A stretch of 64,000 nucleotides of DNA from the human T2T-CHM13v2.0 reference genome, Homo sapiens, in NCBI RefSeq assembly GCF_009914755.1, contig NC_060927.1, one strand, 5' to 3'. A model generated the notes under the pieces. That model was not told where the DNA came from. It was given only the letters and a program-made list of their open reading frames with translations, and did not search any database. Every line of letters starts with the position of its first letter. The stretch's first letter is position 1. Made by a program: the position numbers and the translations under genes. Below, piece by piece: positions 48,080-64,000 of this stretch.

Positions 48080-48115
<36 letters not shown>
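48055..48115. repeat. Compound (GCT)n(GCC)3(GAT)12 microsatellite
   Basis: Read directly; adjoins the tail of a MIR (about 48120-48350). Confidence 0.9.
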
Positions 48116-49794
48116 ATTAATAAGAGCAGTGGCAGCTCACATCTACTGAGCACTTATCATGGGCCAGGACTTCTAAGTCCTTGACACAGAATACTTCATT
48201 TAATTCTCCACACCTACATGAAGCCAAAAACAGTATTATCCCCACTTCACAGATCAGGAAACTGAGACTCTAAGAGGGTGAATAAGTTGTCCGCAGTCCA
48301 ACAGCTAGTAAAAGCCAAATCATGACTAAACCCATGTCTGATTCCAGAGTACCAATTCAACAAAAGATTTTCATTGAGAATAAAGAAAATGGACTGTGCC
48401 TGTGTGGAAACATTCCCCAAGAGGAAAGGAAGCACCATATCTGTGCCAAAAGATTACAAAGTTGTTAAGATGGCTACATCACCACCAAATCCAATTATTC
48501 ATGAGCATTTATTTCTAAAAGCTATCAAGTATTTCTTTATTCCAAGATGTGGCTCAATGGTCCAGAGACATGTAGTTGTATGGCCAAAAATAAGAATTAT
48601 CTACTGCTTAAGATAGTAATTTCTTCACTGATGTTCAACAATTATGGCAAAATTCCAAGCCAACCAGTTTTCATGCACCAGAGTTTAGTTGCCCCAAAGC
48701 AAATCCTAAGAAAAGAGGATTTTTTTATAACTCATATTTTTATTATCTAAAAGGGGTTTTCTCCAATATCCCTGTAAAATTCTTCTTTGCCCTCCAAATA
48801 AACATGAAAAATTCAGCCCCAGAAATAGATTTGTCAAGAAGTTAGGAAGAACTTAAAGTACATGGTAAATCAAAATGGCTTTTCAACTTTAACTAAAGTG
48901 GTCATAGTAATAATTGCTGCAATAAAAATGACAGAAAAAAACCCTAAAAGTATCAAAAATGTAATTTATGATGAAAACAAATGTAAAATTATAGCATATT
49001 TCACCCTGGCCACCAAAGACTCTTGATGAAACCGCAGCCCTATAATTGCCCAGAATGAATTCTTTAAATTAAAATACTTCATGCAGAACAGAAATTAAAC
49101 AATGAATCAAAGAACAAAGCTGTACAGAGGTATGCTCATAAATATACCTAGCAAAGAGGAAACAATTACATTTTTCCATGTAAAAACCAACTTGATTGTA
49201 ATGTTTCACAAGAGACCGAGTAGGTACTTTTCCCATTGCTTCAAGCTTGGAAGTTCATTTCCTGTAATTCATTTAGGGCTCAGAGTGACTGGGTGGAATG
49301 AAATTAGATACACCAAATTCAGTGGCTCTTTTCTTTCTACAAAACTGGCTCTTCCATGCAACTGCACAACTGACTTTCACAATAAATTTCATTCAACCCA
49401 ATTGAAATGCCACTCTGCATTTTATTTTAAATGCTTTATTTGGCCAGCTAGTTTTATTTAACTATTGGCCAGAAGTGGTACAAGTGCATTCTTTTTCCAT
49501 CTAGCATTAATCTTAGTAAACTTAGCTCCATTGGAATGTCTTAGCTGCTGAGAAGAAAGCAAAAGTCAGCAAGCATACAATTGCATTTGTCTACTCTCAA
49601 CACATCATTTTATTTCCTCCTGCTCTCTGCTAACTATTGCTCAGCACTTTTGCCTAAGAGGGAGGACAAGCAGGTGGTTAAGGAAGTTGTCCTGTCAGCT
49701 ATATCTTTAGTCCAAGTGTTTAAATCTCTGAATAAAAGAAAAATCAATGTTGTAAAGGCAATGTTTGTCAAGGCCATGTAATAAATACACTTAC

Positions 49795-49843
49795 CTTTAC
49801 AGACTGTTCTCAGTGGATTTCTCTTCTTTCCTGAGCTTCAAAG
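49795..49843 (-). other. FHIT: FHIT non-coding (5' UTR) exon 2, 49 nt
   Basis: Minus strand reads tctttcatttttatgtctttgtag|CTTTGAAGCTCAGGAAAGAAGAGAAATCCACTGAGAACAGTCTGTAAAG|gtaagt: polypyrimidine tract plus AG acceptor and a consensus GTAAGT donor. Stops in all three frames. Exon sequence recognised from memory as part of the FHIT mRNA 5' UTR. Confidence 0.87.
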
Positions 49844-51110
49844 CTACAAAGACATAAAAATGAAAGACAGAGTTGTCTGTGAGTACAACAACAAACATTT
49901 TCTCCCCATGTCTCTAAATAGAATTTCCATATGCCATGGTATATGGTGCTAGCCAAATAAACCATTGATAAAACTTGTGCCTCATACCTCCCGCACAAGA
50001 GGCCAAAAAAAGACAGTCAGAAACTGAAAATGGTGCACACATCTACCCAGAATTGAAGCACACAAACCTTGGCCAAATCTACAGTCAAATCTTTTGGAGT
50101 GTGTACTCCTCAACAGAATGGGAACGGCTTATAGCGAGATGAAAATCAAATTAAACATGAGTGTGACATACTCAGTCTGACTAAGCATTTTATTTTCTTA
50201 TTTCTTTTTGTCATCTTTCTTGCATGCTCTATTTCCATTTCTCTGAAAAAGTTTCACTTAGGGATGCCTATTCCATTTATATGACATGCATGGTCCTTCT
50301 AATATAAACCTCACCACTTGCTCCGTAAGTATATGTGTGCATGATTACAGGGACAATCACCCTTCCTGTATGTAGACTGCAGCCTTCTCTCGGAAGAAAC
50401 TCACAAAACAGAGGAAGCCACAACTTGACATTTCAAATCAAATCTTGTTAACTTCAGCTCTCTGTGATCAAAACATAAATACTATGCACTGACCACACAC
50501 AAATCAATGTGACAAAAGATCTGCAAAAGCAACAGTAATAACTTACAGTATCGTGAAGCTGGTTCTTTAATCATCCAATCTTACTCATAAGGTGCCTCTA
50601 CAGTCACCAGTAATGGGAATATGATTCTTTCTCTCATTTTTGGCTAGGTCCTAACATCTCCGAAAGGTGCAGTAGTTGGGGATAGACAGCTACACCACAG
50701 CTTTTCCATGGTTCTTTTTTTTTCCTTCAATATCTGAAGGGATTGTTTTAGCTTTTACTGGGCTGTTTCCCTCCACATCCCTCTATTCCATCAAAGAATG
50801 CATTACCACTGATGCATGACCACCAAAGAACAGGTCAGACTTACGGGCTAAGATGTAAATTTCAGACTATTAATGCAGGAGGTAGGTCCCTTCTATGGGA
50901 CAGCATCAGAAATTTCTCCTTCCCCCTGAGCTACACCGTTTACCAATGAGTTTAGAACAAGCAGAGTTTGGAGAATATTAGATAAAATAGTGTAATATTG
51001 CATTTGTGAAATCTAAGAGATGAATAATCTGATAACATGGAGATTGAGCTGAATCCCTTTCCACTTCAAACACAGAAATGCTAAACAAAATACAATAATG
51101 ACTTAAAATA

Positions 51111-51290
51111 CATATATGTGTGTGTATGTGTGTATATATATGTGTGTGTATGTATATACATATGTGCATATATATACACACACATGTACAAATATACATA
51201 CACATGTGTATATATATACCTACATATATATACACGCACATAGATACACACACACACACACACACACACGCACATACACACACATATATA
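51111..51290. repeat. Alternating purine-pyrimidine (TG/TA/CA)n tract
   Basis: About 180 bp, TG-rich on the left and CA-rich on the right. Confidence 0.92.
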
Positions 51291-51318
51291 GCCAAGCCCA
51301 AAAGAAAGAGAAAAAGCC

Positions 51319-51697
51319 GTCTGGGAAGTGAGAAGCGCCTCTGCTCAGCCGCCAACCATCTGGGAAGTGAGGAGCCCCTCTGCCCGGCTGGCCAACTGAC
51401 TGGGAGTGAGGAGCGCCTCTGCCCGGCCGCCCAACTATCTGGGAAGTGAGGGGCCCCTCTGCCTGGCCGCTGCCCTGTCCGGGAAGTGAGGAGCGCCTCT
51501 GCTCGGCAGCCGCCCTGTCTGGGAAGTGAGGAGTGCCTCTGCCCGGCTGCCCAACCATCTGGGAAGTGAGGAGCGCCTCTGCCCGGACGCTGTGCAACCT
51601 TCCAAGTGTGAAGTGACAGCCTTGTGTGTGATCTTTTCTGTTCTTCCCCAAGTTTGCATTTTTGACATTAAAGTTTACTTTTTCGTTAAAAAAAAAA
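51319..51697 (+). mobile_element. SVA2-type element (VNTR + unique 3' end + poly-A)
   Basis: Seven ~40-bp GC-rich SVA VNTR units (CTGGGAAGTGAGGAGCGCCTCTGCCCGG...); ~95-bp tail with no SINE-R; ATTAAA at 51667; poly-A; 18-bp TSD with 2 mismatches (51301-51318, 51698-51715). Confidence 0.8.
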
Positions 51698-51947
51698 AAA
51701 GAGAGAGAGAAAGCCAATATAAAAATATATGGATGTAGAGTTTCTAGAATGAAAGACATGAGTCCTCTGGAAAAAGTATAACAATATCTCAAAAAGATAA
51801 ATAAAAGCAAATGCATACTTTCATATATCAGAATGAAACCACAGAACGCAGAGATAAAAATAAAATCTTAAAGTCAACCAGAGAGGGAAAAAAAAGAGAC
51901 TTCTAGCAAAAGAACATGTCATTAGCAAAAATGAAAGTAAAGCAACA

Positions 51948-52560
<613 letters not shown>

Positions 52561-53994
52561 CTAAACCTAACATTCAAGAATGATAGAGAACAATAGATAA
52601 ATCAGAACATTTTTCAAAAAAAAAATTGTTTAGTGCTCACAGTAGTTTACTTTTGCCAAAAGAAATACTAAAATAAGATATGCTTGAATAAGCGGGAATT
52701 TATCCCAGAAGGAAGCAGTGAGAAACAAGAAGCAATAGTAAACAGAGAAATTAGTAAGCATGATGGTAAATCTGGTAACTTTAATAATAAGTAATGGGTA
52801 TTGATTAATAATTATTAAGCTCTACTTGTAAAAAAACAAAACAAAACAATTTTTAGCATTTGCCAATAAAGTGAAACTGAGTGGTTTATCACAATCATAT
52901 GGAATAAAGAAGGGGGTAATAAATTGTTTACAAGGAGGAGAGAAATACTACTTAAGGCATTAAAGATATGCACTAAAACTACTGATTAACTTGTTAAGGA
53001 TAACCAGCATTTCTTTCTCTGTCTATATAAGCAAAGAGGCCCTTACACATGTACTCACAGAGATTTGTACAATGTTTACATTCTACAAATGTATTGCCAG
53101 GATGGCAAAAAATACAGAAAACAACCCAAACATCTATCAGCAATACGATAAACACTTTTTTTACATATTCTTAGAATGGAGTATTATATAACTTTGGAAA
53201 ATCAGTGAAAGTTACCCACATCAACATAGATACCTCTCAAAATATAATGTAAAACAAAAGAAGCAAGTCACAGAAAGCTATACATATTATTCTATTTGTA
53301 TAACATTCAAAAAGGCAAAAATAAATACTGTGTTGTTTTTGAATATAAAGTATAAGTGGTACAAAACAAAATAAAGAAAGGGAAGAAATTTACACAGAAT
53401 TCAGGCTATCTTTATCTTGAGAGTGGGAGAGGAGATGGAATACGTGAGAGGAATGGGGGGGCTTCTGGAATATGGTAATGATCTGTTTCTTGGCCTAGAA
53501 AGAGGTATCTGGACAATCAGTTTATTATTTTCTTTAAACTGTATATGTACACTTGCACAAATTATTTTGCATGTAGGCTCTATTTCCGAATTTTAAAACA
53601 TACAAGAGTAACCACCAAAAGAACAGAAATTTCCAAATCAATAGAGGAAACAACATAGAGTAAACGCAATCGATTCTCTATACAACATTGAAATGGAAGG
53701 GAGAAAGAAGCAAAGGAAAACACGCTGAATAGAATATAAAAAAGAAAATATTTTAACTAAGTCCAGCTGTGTCAGGAATCAGGGTAAGTACATCTGTTAA
53801 AATTTTATCAAAACGAATGTTTTAAAATCTTGCTATGTGTTGTTTATAAGAAACAAATTTAAACATAAGTTTTGAAAAGAAAAGTGTGGATAAGTACACA
53901 CCACGGAAATAGGAACCAAAAAAAAGCTGACGGAATAAGTTATTGTTAGGCATGACGAAAGTTAGCAATAATAGAAGAGAAAGTATTTATATTC

Positions 53995-60134
<6,140 letters not shown>

Positions 60135-60168
60135 GTTTTTTATTGACATATAACAAATTATCCAAAAA

Positions 60169-60645
60169 CTAGATATTTAAAAATAAAAGTGGTGGCTGGC
60201 AGCCAAGATGGCCGAATAGAAACAGCTCCGGTCTACAGCTCCCAGCATGAGCAATGCAGAAGAAGGGTGATTTCTGCATTTCCATCTGAGGTACCAGGTT
60301 CATCTCACTAGGGAGTGCCAGACAGTGGGCGCAGGACAGTGGTTGCAGAGCACCGTGCACAAGCCGAAGCAGGGTGAGGCATTGCCTCACTCGGGAAGTG
60401 CAAGGGGTCAGAGATCTCCCTTTCCTAGTCAAAGAAAGGGGTGACAGACGGCACCTGGAAAATAGGGTCACTCCCACCCTAATACTGCACTTTTCCGATG
60501 GGCTTAAGAAACGGCGCACCAGAAGATTATATCCCACACCTGGCTCGAAGGGTCCTATGCCCACGGAGTCTCGCTGATTGCTAGCACAGCAGTCTGAGAT
60601 CAAACTGCAAGGCAGCAGCGAGGCTGGGGGAGGGGCGCCCGCCAT
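60169..60645 (-). CDS. L1 antisense ORF0, extended to 158 aa
   Basis: MAGAPPPASLLPCSLISDCCASNQRDSVG... inside the 263-aa track ORF; stop lies in the inter-L1 spacer. Translation not shown. Confidence 0.5.
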   Translation of the reverse strand: MAGAPPPASLLPCSLISDCCASNQRDSVGIGPFEPGVGYNLLVRRFLSPSEKCSIRVGVTLFSRCRLSPLSLTRKGRSLTPCTSRVRQCLTLLRLVHGALQPLSCAHCLALPSEMNLVPQMEMQKSPFFCIAHAGSCRPELFLFGHLGCQPPLLFLNI

Positions 60646-60800
60646 TGCCCAGGCTTGCTTAGGTAAACAAAGCTGCCAGGAAGCATGAACTGGGTAGAGC
60701 CCACCACATCTCAAGGAGGCCTGCCTGCCTCTGTGGGCTCCACCTCTGGGGGCAGGGCACAGACAAACAAAAAGACAGCAGTAACCTCTGCAGACTTCAA
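60200..60800. promoter_or_regulatory. L1c 5' UTR with sense promoter (YY1 site CAAGATGGC intact) and antisense promoter region
   Basis: Positional homology to the characterised primate L1 5' UTR; activity not shown by sequence. Confidence 0.6.
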
Positions 60801-61224
60801 TGTCCCTGTCTGACAGCTTTGAAGAGAGCAGTGGTTCTCCCAGCACGCAGCCAGAGATCTGAGAATGGGGAGACTGCCTCCTCAAGTAGGTCCCTGACCC
60901 CTGACCCCCGAGCAGCCTAACTGGGAGGCACCCCCAAGTAGGGGCTGACTGACACCTCACACGGCCGGGTACTCCTCTGAGACAAAACTTCCAGAGGAAC
61001 GATCAGACAGCAGCATTCGCGGTTCACGAAAATCCGCTGTTCTGCAGCCACTGCTGCTGATACCCAGGCAAACAGAGTCTGGAGTGGACCTCTAGCAAAC
61101 TCCAACAGTCCTGCAGCTGAGGGTCCTGTCTCGTAGAAGGAAAACTAACAAACAGAAAGGACATCCACACCAAAAATCTGTACATAACCATCATGAAAGA
61201 CCAAAAGTAGATAAAACCACAAAG

Positions 61225-62243
61225 ATGGGAAAAAACAGAGCAGAAAAACTGGAAACTCTAAAAAGCAGAGCGCTTCTCCTCCTCCAAAGGAACGCAGTTC
61301 CTCACCAGCAACGGAATAAAGCTGGATGGAAAATGACTTTGACAAGTTGAGAGAAGAAGGCTTCAGACGATCAAACTACTCCGAGCTAAAGGAGGAAATT
61401 CAAACCAAAGACAAAGAAGTTAAAAACTTTGAAAAAAATTTAGACGATTGTATAACTAGAATAACCAATACAGAGAAGTGCTTAAAGGAGCTGATGGAGC
61501 TGAAAGCCAAGGCACGAGAACTACGTGAAGAATGCAGAAGCCTCAGGAGCCGATGCGATCAACTGGAAGAAAGGGTATCAATGATGGAAGATGAAATGAA
61601 TGAAATGAAGCAAGAAGAGAAGTTTAGAGAAAAAATAATAAAAAGAAACAAACAAAGCCTCCAAGAAATATGGGACTATGTGAAAACACCAAATCTACGT
61701 CTGATTGGTGTACCTGAAAGTGATGGGGAGAATGGAACCAAGTTGGAAAACACTCTGCAGGATATTATCCAGGAGAACTTCCCCAATCTAGCAAGGCAGG
61801 CCAACATTCAGCTTCAGGAAATACAGAGAACGCCACAAAGATACTCCTCGAGAAGGGCAACTCCAAGACACATAATTGTCAGATTCACCAAAGTTGAAAT
61901 GAAGGAAAAAATGTTAAGGGCAGCCAGACAGAAAGGTCGGGTTACCCACAAAGGGAAGCCTATCAGACTAACAGCGGATATCTCGGCAGAAATTCTACAA
62001 GCCAGAAGAGAGTGGAGGAGGCCCATATTCAACATTCTTAAAGGAAAGAATTTTCAACCCAGCATTTCATATCCAGCCAAACTAAGCTTCATAAGTGAAG
62101 GAGAAATAAAATCCTTTACAGACAAGCAAATGCTGAGAGATTTTCTCACCACCAGGCCTGCCCTAAAAGAGCTCCTGAAGGAAGCACTAAACATGGAAAG
62201 GAACAACCAGTACCAGCCACTGCAAAATCATGCCAAATTGTAA
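61225..62243 (+). pseudogene. L1c ORF1, frameshifted at codon 2; open for 305 aa from Met at 61326
   Basis: ATGGGAAAAAAC lacks one G relative to ATGGGGAAAAAAC; TAA at ~61317; coiled-coil, RRM and CTD (YPAKLS) intact downstream. Confidence 0.85.
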
Positions 62244-62291
62244 AGACCATCAAGGCTAGGAAGAAACTGCATCAACTAACGAGCAAAATAA

Positions 62292-64000
<1,709 letters not shown>

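Noticed and set aside
51319-51590. ~40-bp periodic repeats resembling a CRISPR array
   Set aside because: Contiguous tandem units without unique spacers, in a eukaryotic context; this is the SVA VNTR.
51319-51697. Canonical SVA or gibbon LAVA
   Set aside because: No hexamer, Alu-like or SINE-R region, and no LAVA-type AluS/L1ME tail.
50978-51816. Cluster of long ORFs with His/Thr/Val/Cys repeats
   Set aside because: Produced by the dinucleotide tract and the SVA2 VNTR.

Overview
Primate genomic DNA (human or a close ape), not prokaryotic. A 49-nt minus-strand exon at 49795-49843 with canonical splice sites and stops in all three frames matches, from memory, non-coding exon 2 of FHIT (3p14.2, the FRA3B fragile-site gene). 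The window would then be FHIT intron 2 (1-49794), exon 2 and part of intron 1. I find no host protein-coding exon; almost all entries in the ORF track are Alu, L1 or chance ORFs. The window is rich in retroelements: about 10 Alus, several solo LTRs, MIR/L2/MER remnants, a rare SVA2-type VNTR element and three L1PA3/4-type LINE-1s. The most unusual structure is two L1s with intact 5' ends inserted head-to-head only ~56 bp apart (53995-60134 minus; ~60191 to window end plus). They form a multi-kb inverted repeat with two L1 promoters pointing at FHIT exon 2. All three L1s share patchy non-consensus variants, suggesting local gene conversion. Subfamily names and consensus comparisons come from memory and need RepeatMasker/Dfam confirmation. 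I do not claim a new biological system beyond these testable arrangements.
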